The notes beneath the pieces are model-generated. The model was not told where the DNA came from. It saw nothing but the letters and a program-made list of their open reading frames with translations, and ran no database searches. From the IMG/VR virus record IMGVR_UViG_3300033412_000476, positions 23,268 through 87,267 of that record: a stretch of DNA of 64,000 nt; one strand, written 5' to 3'. The position numbers were made by a program, and so were the translations under genes. This DNA is from a virus (Duplodnaviria; Caudoviricetes). Below are positions 9,904-19,434 of this stretch, in pieces (within the stretch, counting starts at the first letter, position 1; each line of letters opens with the position of its first letter).

Positions 9904-10500
9904 CCCGACCGGGGCAGAAATCGCCCCGCACGCACGTCTGCGTGACTGCGGAGAGCACCGATCCACAGCGTGAGCACGCGCCGATCGTCGGCGCAGTGCG
10001 GCCCGACGCTGCGCTCGCGATCTTCGCAAGCAGTGCTCGCCCGGCTTCCGTTGCGGTCGCGTACGGATAGGCGACTGTCACCAGATCCTTGCGTGCCAGC
10101 TCATAGCAGGCTCCGCCGTTGGTTGCTTCGTGGCACCCATGCGGTCGAGCGGCCGCGAGTAGCGTGTCGTACAGGCGCCAACTGAGGGCCTTGCAGCCGT
10201 TGTCCCGGGCTGCTGTCCACGTGCGTTTGGCTTGGGCGCGGTTCATGGTTCTTCACCACAGCGGCGAAGCACGTCACAGTAGTAGGCGTCAAGCGTCCCG
10301 CAGTGGAGTCGACCCGACTCCATGTTCAGCAAACCCCGCGCTGCGCGGCACAAGTCAGCCAGGTAGTCCGCGGCGTACTCGTCCGCAGCCCACTGCGCAG
10401 CGGCCGTAACGATCGCTCTGTGCAGCTGCACATGTGCTCGCTCGGGACCGCGGGGTGACGCCATCGCGGCGTCGTGCCGAGTCTTCTCGTCCGTGCTCAC
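9875..10500 (-). CDS. two hypothetical genes (9875..10246, 10243..10500)
   Basis: Coupled ORFs; first ends at the TAA of CGTCTAA. Confidence 0.5.
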
Positions 10501-10516
10501 GTTGACCTTCCGTTCT

Positions 10517-10572
10517 GCGCGGGTTTCCGCCGCGCGTGCCTGGTTAGACGAAAACTGTTTGCGAGGTATTCA
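10517..10572 (-). promoter_or_regulatory. early cassette TGAAT-N17-CGTCTAA plus hairpin gcgcggCGGAAACccgcgc
   Basis: Direct reading of reverse strand. Confidence 0.7.
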
Positions 10573-11465
10573 GTCGTTCCAAGGCCGACGATCGGCGCCG
10601 TCGGAGTCTTTGAGTGTGCACAGCGCGCACGGGTTAGGGCCTGGCCTGCCGCAGTCGCACGCGACCTCACGCCGCGACAACTCGAGCCCGTCGAACGTTG
10701 CCGCACACTGAGCCACGCGAGCGGGGTTGAGCACGCGCAGCGCGTCGCCTTCCGCCGACGACTCTGCGGCGCGCGTGCGGAGCACGAGGCTGCGAAACTC
10801 GCGGTAGTCCTCGGGTGACTGCGCAGTGACGTCCACGAGCCAGCCCTTGCGAAGCGTGATCATGTCGCCACCTCCCCGATCACTTCGCCCGAGATACCAT
10901 CGAAAAGCAGGAACGACCGCGCGGTATTGCCCAGCTTTTCAGCCGCCCACACACGCGCTTCCGCGATGCTGGCGAAGCAGCCCCGGGTCAAGGTCGCGAA
11001 CGGTCCCGTTGACTCTGTGGGGTGCCATTCGGTGCGACCCTCGATCGTGAACGGAATGCAAACCGTCCAGTAGCGGTCGAACACTAGCGAGCCGTCGACG
11101 TCGACCTTTCGGCCAACCACTGACGCCAGATCACCCATAGCCACAAGCACCCTCCGTCGGCCTGCCATCTTCAGTGCGCGTAGGCCAGATCGCGCAGACC
11201 CCAAGTCGGGGTTTCGGCTTCAGTCGATCGTCAGATCGTACAGGTGCTGGACGCCACCGTCGGAGTAGTCGACGCCCCACAGCAAGCGCGCCGCACCGGG
11301 GTCACGCTTGGGGCTGAGCCCTACCGCGATCGTCTCGCCCGACTCGCAGCTGACGTCGGAAGCCAGCTCGCGCGCTGCAGCTTCGATGGCCTGCGGGTTC
11401 GCTTCGCCATGCAGCTGCCGAGCATGGCAGTCGCCAAACCGATCCTTGATCACCACACAACCCAT
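10570..11465 (-). CDS. three hypothetical genes (10570..10863, 10860..~11138, 11220..11465)
   Basis: Co-oriented ORFs between cassettes. Confidence 0.5.
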
Positions 11466-11481
11466 GACGCATCGCTCCTTT

Positions 11482-11532
11482 GCGCGGGTTCCGCCGCGCG
11501 CTTGTTAGACGGGCTTGCGCCCGAGAGATTCA
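11482..11532 (-). promoter_or_regulatory. early cassette TGAAT-N16-CGTCTAA plus hairpin gcgcggCGGAACccgcgc
   Basis: Direct reading of reverse strand. Confidence 0.7.
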
Positions 11533-11886
11533 CTTCGCCGCGTACTTCGCCCAACGGCGAGCGCGCTTGATGCGGTACTGCGCGCGGACATCGGCGATCG
11601 CCTCGTCACGCGTAGCGCCGAGCCCGGTCGCAACGAGGTTTCCGCCGCGGTACAGCTCAGCGTGCCGGTAGCCCCCGGGCATACCCGGGGTGTAGGGGTC
11701 CTCGCGCACCTGAAAGCGCTGGCCAAAGCCGTCCAGCTCGCGAAGCTTCGCCTTGTCTTCGCTGTAGGTCGCCGCCGCGCGCAACCAGCGGACCGTCGCA
11801 GAGGTGCCGCACAGCGCGGTCACTTCGCCGATGTCGTGCTCCGCACTACCGGGCCGACCCGACGCAACCATGGACCCTACACGCAT
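11530..11886 (-). CDS. first gene of leftward arm, hypothetical
   Basis: ATG 11886 after AGGAGG. Confidence 0.6.
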   Translation of the reverse strand: MRVGSMVASGRPGSAEHDIGEVTALCGTSATVRWLRAAATYSEDKAKLRELDGFGQRFQVREDPYTPGMPGGYRHAELYRGGNLVATGLGATRDEAIADVRAQYRIKRARRWAKYAAK

Positions 11887-11903
11887 TCGCCGTACCTCCT
11901 GCC

Positions 11904-11957
11904 GGGGGTTTCCGCCCCGTTCGCCCATTTAGACGGGGGCCCCCGGGGGCGTATTCA
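11904..11957 (-). promoter_or_regulatory. leftward early cassette TGAAT-N17-CGTCTAA plus hairpin ggggCGGAAACcccc
   Basis: Direct reading of reverse strand. Confidence 0.7.
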
Positions 11958-11962
11958 AAGGC

Positions 11963-11988
11963 TGTCAAAAAATAGCTCTTTTTTGACA
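11963..11988. repeat. inverted repeat TGTCAAAAAA-N6-TTTTTTGACA (operator-like)
   Basis: Perfect 10-bp arms in the AT-rich divergent region. Confidence 0.8.
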
Positions 11989-12011
11989 AAAAGCCTGCGT
12001 ATTACTATAGT
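11983..12011 (+). promoter_or_regulatory. sigma70-type promoter TTGACA-N17-TATAGT
   Basis: TTGACA 11983-11988 and TATAGT 12006-12011; the -10 lies within the perfect 18-bp palindrome GTATTACTATAGTAATAC (11999-12016). Confidence 0.75.
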
Positions 12012-12035
12012 AATACACGCTTTTCTTTGGGCATG

Positions 12036-12089
12036 GTGAATACGGCCCGAAAACCGCCGTCTAATAGGGCGAACGCGGCGGAAACCGCG
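12036..12089 (+). promoter_or_regulatory. rightward early cassette GTGAAT-N16-CGTCTAA plus hairpin cgcggCGGAAAccgcg
   Basis: Direct reading. Confidence 0.7.
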
Positions 12090-12129
12090 GAAGAACCCCC
12101 GGGATGGATCCGGGGCTGAAGGAGGGCTT

Positions 12130-12627
12130 ATGGCACTGCATTTCAAGGGTGAACGGGGCGTCCAGTACGCCGGGCGCGTGCTGCGCGACCGCTACGTGAG
12201 TGACGTTCGGATCATGAGTGACGTTTGGGCTGGACAGTACATGCTCGATTGCGTCGAGCCCGATGGATCGATCACGTCGATCGCGTACATGACGGAAGGC
12301 TTTGGCGGGAACCCGGGGCTGGAGTCGTGGGAGATCGACGCCACCCCGGAAGCGATCGCGCAGCACGAAGCTTGGCTCGCGGCGCGCGAGGCTGAGCGCG
12401 TCGAGCTGGAAGCGCGCCGCGCTCGCGCGATCGCCGCAGCTGAGGCTAAGGCGGTTCGCAAGGGCCGGCGCTGCAAGGTTGTGCGCGGTCGCAAGGTGCC
12501 CAAGGGCACGGAAGGCGTGTGCATCTGGGTTGGCGACGGTCACTACGGCGAGCGTTGCGGCATCAAGGACGACTCCGGAACCGTCCACTGGACCGCGAGC
12601 AAGAACGTCGAAGCGATCGCCCCGTGA
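12130..12627 (+). CDS. first gene of rightward arm; hypothetical with C-terminal SH3/KOW-like region
   Basis: GRRCKVVRGRKVPKGTEGVCIWVG motif recalled from phage proteins; GGAGG RBS. Confidence 0.6.
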   Translation: MALHFKGERGVQYAGRVLRDRYVSDVRIMSDVWAGQYMLDCVEPDGSITSIAYMTEGFGGNPGLESWEIDATPEAIAQHEAWLAAREAERVELEARRARAIAAAEAKAVRKGRRCKVVRGRKVPKGTEGVCIWVGDGHYGERCGIKDDSGTVHWTASKNVEAIAP

Positions 12628-12740
12628 TCGCTAGCGCGTGAGCCCCCTGCGGGGCTCCGCATCCCTCGCAGCGCAAGCGCCCGACGTTGGCGCGGCGAGG
12701 GATGCGCCGGCCGGAACACCGGCGCTAGGAGGCTAGGAAC

Positions 12741-13955
12741 GTGGATCAACATGATCTCCCGCGGAGCTTTGGCCGACGTACGGCCGGTGTAGCTAACGCA
12801 CGTGCAGCAGCACAACGGCTGATCGCCGATGCGACCGCGCTGGACGGCGGTGCGATCGACCGCGCGAAGTATCTGCTAGAGCTTCGCCCCGCAACGCTGG
12901 CCAAAGCCTGCGGGATCACTACGGCTGATCTGCAAGCACTGCTCTGCGAAGCCCGTGAGCAGTACCACACCGCTGAGCACGCGCGACCTGTGCGCGCCAG
13001 TGTCAGCATGATCCGTCGGCGTGTCGAGTTTCGCGTAGCGCTCGCGCTCGCGAAAGAGATCGTAGTGAATACCGGCAGCTGAAGCGCCGTCTAAGACAGC
13101 AAACCCGAGAGAAGGAAGAACATGGCAAAGTCTACTGTGGACACAGTCCGCGGCGTCCCGTTCGCGGACATGGGCGAAGAAGAGCTTGCGGCGTACGCAC
13201 ACGGCGCTGCGCAGTCGAGCGATGAAGGCTATAACCAAGCCGTCGCACGCGCGGCACGCAAGGAAATCGCCAAGCGCGCCAAGCGCGCCAACGATCTGAC
13301 CGAGTACGCGGTCGACGGCTTCAACGGTGCTGAGTGCAGATTGCTCTACTCGTCGGCGGCATGGTTTGCGTTCCAGCTCGGGGTTTACCTCAAAGCGACC
13401 GGGCGCTCGACCCCGCGCGACGTTCGCATGGGTCGTGGGTACTCGGTGCGCTGCGCCGACATGCTCTTCAAGCACGTGGACGGCGCGACGTTCGAACGCG
13501 TGCAGTGAATACCGGCGGCTGAAGTTTCGTCTAACCACAAACCGCGCGGCGGAACCCGCGCATCGTTAGGAGAGGTCATGGAGCAACTCAGCTTGGGGAT
13601 GCTGACGTGCGACGCGCACGAGGCATCGGCACCTTACGAGTCGGATCGTTGGGCGAGCACCGATCGCGGCTGGCTGTACGACCCTGCGCACCCTAATGCG
13701 GACTACCACGGCGGCAACCTGCCGATCGGCAACTATCTCGATTACGGGCCGTGCGGAGAGCACTACCGCAACAACCCCGACGGCGCCGTGCACGTGTGCT
13801 TCACGCCGTGGTGGATCGACCCCGTGACGCGGTCGATCTGCCGCGGAGTGACAGAGAGCACGCACGTGCACACCCCTGCAGAGGCGCAAGCCTGGCTCGC
13901 CGAGCAGTACCGCCTGTGGACGGCGCGGCGTGCCGCAGACAAGGTGACGCCGTGA
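12741..13955 (+). CDS. three hypothetical genes (12741..13082, 13122..13508, 13578..13955)
   Basis: Each has a purine-rich RBS and follows a cassette or hairpin element. Confidence 0.6.
13065..13094 (+). promoter_or_regulatory. early cassette promoter GTGAAT-N17-CGTCTAA
   Basis: gtgaataccggcagctgaagcgccgtctaa. Confidence 0.7.
13505..13561 (+). promoter_or_regulatory. early cassette GTGAAT-N17-CGTCTAA plus hairpin gcgcggCGGAACccgcgc
   Basis: gtgaataccggcggctgaagtttcgtctaa; near-identical to the 13065 and 14419 copies. Confidence 0.7.
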
Positions 13956-14422
13956 AAAACTACTTGGACAAACTGATTGTACGGCGCGAGCGGAGCCTCG
14001 TGTGCGAGTCGGACGGGCCGCTCGGCCGCAAGATCACGCACAGCGGCGACATCGCGAAGATCGCGATCCCGCTGATTGGGCCTGAGGCTGTCGAAGTGTT
14101 CGTGATCTTCGCGCTGACCGCGCGACACAAGGTCACGGGCTACCACGAAGTGGCGCGTGGCTCGCTAAGCAGCTGCGCAGTCAGCCCCGGGGACGTCGCG
14201 CGCGTCGCGTTGATCGCGGGCACGCCGGCCTTCATCGTGGCCCACAACCACCCTAGCGGCGAGCCTGAGCCCAGCCCCGAGGACATCGCGCTCACGCGGA
14301 AGATCAAGCAGGCTTTCGACCTGCTCGGACTGACCCTGCTCGATCACGTGATCGTCACGAGCGAGCACCACAAGAGCTTGCTCGATATGGGCCTGCTCGA
14401 CGTTTCCGTGAAACCGGCGTGA
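13952..14422 (+). CDS. stand-alone RadC-like JAB/MPN+ domain protein
   Basis: EVFVIFAL...HNHPSGEPEPSPED...LLDHVIV with intact H-x-H...S-x-x-D; GTG start at 13952. Confidence 0.88.
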   Translation: MKNYLDKLIVRRERSLVCESDGPLGRKITHSGDIAKIAIPLIGPEAVEVFVIFALTARHKVTGYHEVARGSLSSCAVSPGDVARVALIAGTPAFIVAHNHPSGEPEPSPEDIALTRKIKQAFDLLGLTLLDHVIVTSEHHKSLLDMGLLDVSVKPA

Positions 14423-14482
14423 ATACCGGCAGCTGAAGTTTCGTCTAAGAGGCACAAGCAAGCGGCGCGGCTGGACCCGCGC
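14419..14482 (+). promoter_or_regulatory. early cassette GTGAAT-N17-CGTCTAA plus hairpin gcgcggCTGGACccgcgc
   Basis: gtgaataccggcagctgaagtttcgtctaa. Confidence 0.7.
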
Positions 14483-14499
14483 AAGGATGGGAGAGCAAC

Positions 14500-15072
14500 A
14501 TGGCAACGGACATCATGGCTTGGTGGAAGCTGCACTTGCCGCCGCACCTGCGCGAGACGGCGCCCGAGCGGCCCGAGGGAACCGACCTCGCGATCTGGCG
14601 CGAGGAGATCGACGGCAATCCGTTCGCGTACGGCTTCCAAGGCAAAGCGCGTCAGCCCGTGTGGGCCTATCGCTTCAAGGACGCCGCGCACCGTGAGCGG
14701 TTCATCGGTGAGAAGATCGCCGCACGTAGGGCGCACTTCGGTCGCAAGGCTGAGCGCGCAGCGGAACGCAAGCAGGCGACGCACAGCCTCACGGTGGGTG
14801 ACATCTTGTCCTCGAGCTGGGGCTACGACCAGACCAACGTCGATTTCTACGAGGTGGTCGCCGTCCCTAGCTCCAAGTCGGTAATCATCCGGAAGATCGC
14901 CAGTCAGGCGGCCGCTCGCGACCGCGTCGCGCCGCAGCCCGGGGTGTTCATCGAGGGCCCCATGCTCAAGCGCGTGACCGCCCACGGCTCCGTGAAGATC
15001 GAGGATTACGCCTGGGCCAGCAAGTGGTCCGGAGCTCCGATGTACCAGACCGACATCCACGAGGGTCACTGA
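14500..15072 (+). CDS. conserved MGE hypothetical protein
   Basis: GDILSSSWGYDQTNVDFYEV motif recalled from a widespread phage/plasmid family. Confidence 0.65.
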   Translation: MATDIMAWWKLHLPPHLRETAPERPEGTDLAIWREEIDGNPFAYGFQGKARQPVWAYRFKDAAHRERFIGEKIAARRAHFGRKAERAAERKQATHSLTVGDILSSSWGYDQTNVDFYEVVAVPSSKSVIIRKIASQAAARDRVAPQPGVFIEGPMLKRVTAHGSVKIEDYAWASKWSGAPMYQTDIHEGH

Positions 15073-15087
15073 GCTTTGCGCCTGCGT

Positions 15088-15141
15088 TGAATACCTGAAA
15101 ACTGTTTTCGTCTAAGCTGACGGCTCGGCTGGAACCCGAGC
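15088..15141 (+). promoter_or_regulatory. early cassette TGAAT-N16-CGTCTAA plus hairpin gctcggCTGGAACccgagc
   Basis: Direct reading. Confidence 0.7.
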
Positions 15142-15157
15142 AGAAGGGAGAATCAAC

Positions 15158-18100
15158 GTGCAACTCGACATCGAATACGTGCTCGCGGGCGAGCCGGAAG
15201 ACTGCGACCCAGCAGATCACTTCGACGACAGCGACGAAGGCGACGCCGACGTCACATGGGTTCATGAGCAACTCAGCGCCGGCAACCAGTGGGCCTGGTT
15301 TCGCGCGGTCGTCACCGCCCGCGTTACACTCGACGGCCAAACGTTCGAAGGCGTCGACTCGCTCGGGTGCTGCTCGTACAAGTCGGAGGACGACTTTCGA
15401 CAGTGCCAGTACTTCGACGACATGAAGACTGAGGCGCGCTACGCCTTGCTCGCGTCACTGCACACCGCCGTCCGTAGGGGCGAGCTTGCCGCGGTCGCGC
15501 TGACCCAGGTGACGCCATGATCTACGGACGATTTGGCGACGCAGTCACGATCGTGCGCATGGGCACGCTCGACGACGTCAAGACGATCGACGGCCGCAAG
15601 CCCGACAAGCAGGACCGCGAGGCTGTCGAGATCGGTAGCTACGTCGTAGTCCGCCAGGACAACGGCAAAGAGCGGCTCTACCACCTTGCGTTCCTGCGCG
15701 CCGACGGCGGCAGCAAAGAGATCAACGAGGCAATCGCCGCCTGCGACCCCTGGAGCCAGCCATGAAGGGTCTACGCCGGCTGAAGCAGCCGCAGATCGAG
15801 TACATCGGCCGCGGGCCTCGTGTGGTCGCGCTGAGCGCAGCGAGCGCGCTCTACTTCTTCGGCTTCGACAGCGAAAACTATGAAGCTGTCGACGTCGGTC
15901 CGCCGGCTGATCCGCACCGCTGGAAGCCGGAAGCTCGCGTGTACGAGTGCCGCAAGAAGCAATCGAAGATGAACTGAGCCTCGAGCTGGAACCTCGAGCA
16001 TCAACAGGGAGAAACGAACGTGAGTATGAACAGACCCAGCGTCACCGTACGTAACAACAACGTCCCCGGTGCGGCGGCTGACGGTGAGACGATCGTCGAG
16101 TTTAGCTTTCAGGACAGCACTGGCGGGCTGATCTCGTTCAGCATCGACGCGGAAGGCAACCCGCGCGTGGAGCTCTACCGCTGCGACGAAGGCATCCGCG
16201 TAGGACTCGACAATCTGACTGACCACAAAGGCGGCAAGCTGATCGCCGCGAGCGACATGTCGCTAGCCCGGATCGGAATCACCAAGTGAGCACCCACGAT
16301 CCCGAGCTGCTGTTCATCGCGCACTACCCGCCGGGCCCGGTGCGCACGTTCGCCGCGCGGCTGCTCAACGAGGTGGGCTGCGCGGTGCAGACCGAAGACT
16401 ACATCGCAGGCGTCGCCGAGTGCTGCGGCTGCAGCACCGCCGACCGCGAGCGCGTGATCACGCGCGCCATCGATTGCGGCTTTCTGCGCGCTGACGCGCT
16501 GCAGTGGGCGCCCCGAGGCAAACCCCGCTACATCCCTTGCCTGTTCGCGGTGCAGCCATGAGTTTCACCATGAAGGCGATCGCCATCGAGATGCGCAAGC
16601 GCGTCGCCACGCGGCGCAAGCCTACACTGGACGCGCTACGCGCGATGTCGCTACAGCAGATCGATCAGCTTCTCACGGAGTGCGCGGTCAAGGTTGTTCG
16701 CCTGCATACGTCGAAGTCGACGCCGCTGCGTTCGTACGCCTGCAAGCTCCGGCGGTTCGACGGCTCAACAGTCGAGCGCTTCGCAACGACAGCCGGACAG
16801 GCACTTCTCGACGCGCTCGACAGCGCAACAGACGCCGGCTGGTTCGGCGATCACTACGAGCAACGAAACCAACTACAGGAGACAGCGCAAGATGAGTGAG
16901 AGAACCGACAGAGCCCGCGTGGTTGCGGGCGCAATCAAAGCCAAGGTCGCTGCCTACGAGAACGGCGAGTGCGACAACGGCGCGCTCGACGTTGCCACCA
17001 ACGCGATCGCCATGCTCGGCCAGCTGGCCGACGCGGTGCTCACGCTCGCCGAAGAGCACGATCATCTCGAGCGCACGCTCGCCTCACGCACGGATCACCT
17101 CGCGTGACCAAACCCCTGAACGAGATACTTCAAACGAAGATCCTCGAGCAACGCTCCGGCGCGCTGCTGCGCGCGTACGAGCTGATGCAGGAGACTGCGA
17201 AGCAGATGCCTCCGGCTGCGCGCAAGCTGGCCGATCGCGCGCTCCTCGAGCTCGAGGCGTTCGGCCAGAGTCTCGAGCGTGAGTACCGCTCAAGGGGACT
17301 GTAGCGATGACGCTCGAGGAGATCATCGCAGCGATCGGCCGGCACATGTTCTCGCGAACGCAGCTGAACCGCGAAGTCTCCGCACGCGTGCACCTACACA
17401 ACGACGTGCTCATCGGCAGTCTGTACCGCGACGTGCTCACTGACGAGATCACGCTGCTAGTTCAACTCGGCCAAGCTTGGTGCTACGGCTGGCAGCCCGA
17501 GGAAGCCCGCGCAACGTACTACCTGTCGCGGTTCACCAGGAGCCTGCGGCCATGAAGAACAGAAACCGTTTCAGGACCATCCACCGGAAAGCAACGATGC
17601 CCGCGCCCAAGAACGTGATCTTCGCCCCAACGAGCGTGCACATCTATCCGGACAGTCAACGGGGGCAGGTTGCCTTCGAGCTGCGCAACAAGGCTAATAA
17701 GCCGCTGATGACGCTGCTACTCGAACCTGAGGGCGCCGCGAATCTGTTTGCGAAGCTCGGAGAGGCCCTCGTCGCGATCACCGGTACCGCGGACCACTGG
17801 CGTCGCGGCGCTGTCGAGCCGCAGAAGACGCAAGCGCGCTGCACATGCCCTTGCCCTGACGATCCCGACAAGCCGTCGACCGATCCGACCGCGCACTACA
17901 TCGGTTGTCCGTTTCGCGCAGAGCTCGAGGCGCAGACCGAGTGAAGATCAGAGTCAAGACGCCGCGACGGCTGCCGCCCAAGGCAGAAGCGATCGATTAC
18001 CCAGAGATCATTTCGCAGATCAATCGGGAGCTGGAGCACCACGGCCTGAGCGCGCTCGACTTGCTCAGCAGCTTCGCGCTGCATCTGTTGGGCGTCGCGC

Positions 18101-18255
18101 TGGACGTCACCCCGCAGCACCCCGTCAGCCAACAAAAGGTCTATAGAGACCTGCACTTAGAGATCAGCCGCATGGTCGGAGAGGCGCTCGACCGCAAGCA
18201 GCGTCTACTCGGATCTCCGCTGGGCAACCAGTCGCTACCGAAGGAGCGAGACTAG
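15158..18255 (+). CDS. run of ~11 small hypothetical genes (15158..15520, 15517..15765, 15762..15977, 16020..16289, 16286..16561, 16558..16899, 16892..17107, 17104..17304, 17307..17555, 17552..17944, 17941..18255)
   Basis: Nearly all linked by ATGA/GTGA stop-start overlaps; hairpin ctcgagCTGGAACctcgag at 15980-15998. Confidence 0.6.
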
Positions 18256-18283
18256 GAGCACGCGCGCGAAAATAGATTTCGGC

Positions 18284-18337
18284 TGAATCTTGTCGTAACG
18301 TCGGCGTCGCAGTTCAACCCTCGGCTGGAACCCGAGG
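18284..18337 (+). promoter_or_regulatory. early cassette variant TGAAT-N16-CGTCGCA plus hairpin cctcggCTGGAACccgagg
   Basis: Direct reading; precedes the RecA-like gene. Confidence 0.55.
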
Positions 18338-18358
18338 CGCACCAAGGAGAAAAACAAC

Positions 18359-19150
18359 GTGGCAGATTTCATTTCAACAGGGGTCTTGTCCCTCGATTGC
18401 GCGCTCGGTGGCGGCTACCCGAAGAACGGCATCGCCGAGATCTACGGCGAGATGGGCGCGGGGCGGCTGACGCTCGCGCTGCATGCGATCGCAGAGTGCC
18501 AGCTGCAGCCCGACGGCGTCACGTTCATGTTCGCGCACGGCGATCAGATCGCGCCCTTCGACGCAGTCTACGGCATGCGGCTAGGCGTCGACCCTCAGCG
18601 GTTTCTGCACTTCGAGCAGCGCAAGCTCGAGTTGCTTTTTCGCTGCCTGCGCAGCGCCGTCACCGGCAGTCATCCGCCCGACCTCGTGATCGTCGACCTC
18701 CGCCGCGGCATCGCGCGACTGTCGGCCGAAGAAGGCAGTGAGCTGGTCGCCCGGCTCTCGCTCTTTCTGCGCGAGCACTGCTCTCACAAGCAGCGCACGA
18801 GCTTGCTCTTTCTCAGCGACGGCAAGCTGCAGCCGCTGCAGTTTCACGCGCAGCAGCGCATCCTGCTGCAGTTCGACCGCGTCGCGCCCAACGACGACAC
18901 GCTCGTGCACGCGAACATCGTCAAAAACCGGCTCGGCGAGCCGTACAAGCAGCTGAGCCTGCAGCTGACGCCCGGCGACGGCGTCGATCTGATCGCGGAC
19001 ATCGTGCGGACGGCCGCCTACGCCGGTGTGCTGCCACACCAGAACGTCGAGGCGCTGTGCGTAGAGCTCCGCCGCGACAACCACGCCCGCGAGGCGCTCT
19101 GCCGTACCGTGCGCAGCAAGATGCTCTTTGGCGCGAGCGTTGCGCAGTGA
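18359..19150 (+). CDS. degenerate RecA-like protein, predicted ATPase-inactive
   Basis: ISTGVLSLDCALGGGYP..IAEIYG, LGVD, DLVIVD and VKNRLGEPYK follow RecA order, but Walker A reads GEMGAGRL. Confidence 0.85.
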   Translation: MADFISTGVLSLDCALGGGYPKNGIAEIYGEMGAGRLTLALHAIAECQLQPDGVTFMFAHGDQIAPFDAVYGMRLGVDPQRFLHFEQRKLELLFRCLRSAVTGSHPPDLVIVDLRRGIARLSAEEGSELVARLSLFLREHCSHKQRTSLLFLSDGKLQPLQFHAQQRILLQFDRVAPNDDTLVHANIVKNRLGEPYKQLSLQLTPGDGVDLIADIVRTAAYAGVLPHQNVEALCVELRRDNHAREALCRTVRSKMLFGASVAQ

Positions 19151-19434
19151 CAGTAACCCGCTACGCGCTCGTGCACCCAGAGATGGGGATCTACCTCGGC
19201 AGCGCGATGGGCCTTGGGTTCTGGTCCAAACTAGATCCTGTCGGCCAGCCTGCGGCGGTGACGTTCGACTCGGAGCAGCAAGCGCACGACGTCGTAAAGA
19301 CCTGGGACGCGCCCGTCACGGGCTACACGCTGCACGCCGTCGAAATCGCGTACGGCGTGTACGCCACCGTCGATGAGTGCGTTCGCGCCGGCCTACCGAA
19401 GTGGAACCCGTGGGATCAACGGAGCACACGATGA
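19147..19434 (+). CDS. hypothetical protein
   Basis: GTG overlaps the RecA-like stop. Confidence 0.55.
   Translation: MTVTRYALVHPEMGIYLGSAMGLGFWSKLDPVGQPAAVTFDSEQQAHDVVKTWDAPVTGYTLHAVEIAYGVYATVDECVRAGLPKWNPWDQRSTR

Noticed and set aside
4637-18337. Early repeats as integron attC sites with the tyrosine recombinase as IntI
   Set aside because: Only the 13528 copy shows GTCTAAC...GTTAG pairing, and it is shorter than typical attC sites. Other copies lack a GTTRRRY R' box, and the 213-aa recombinase is too short to have the IntI insertion.
4637-18337. Repeats as a CRISPR array
   Set aside because: Copies are degenerate and separated by whole genes of variable length; no cas genes
18359-19150. 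Calling this gene recA
   Set aside because: Walker A Lys/Thr, catalytic Glu and DNA-binding loops are missing, so an orthologous function is unsupported
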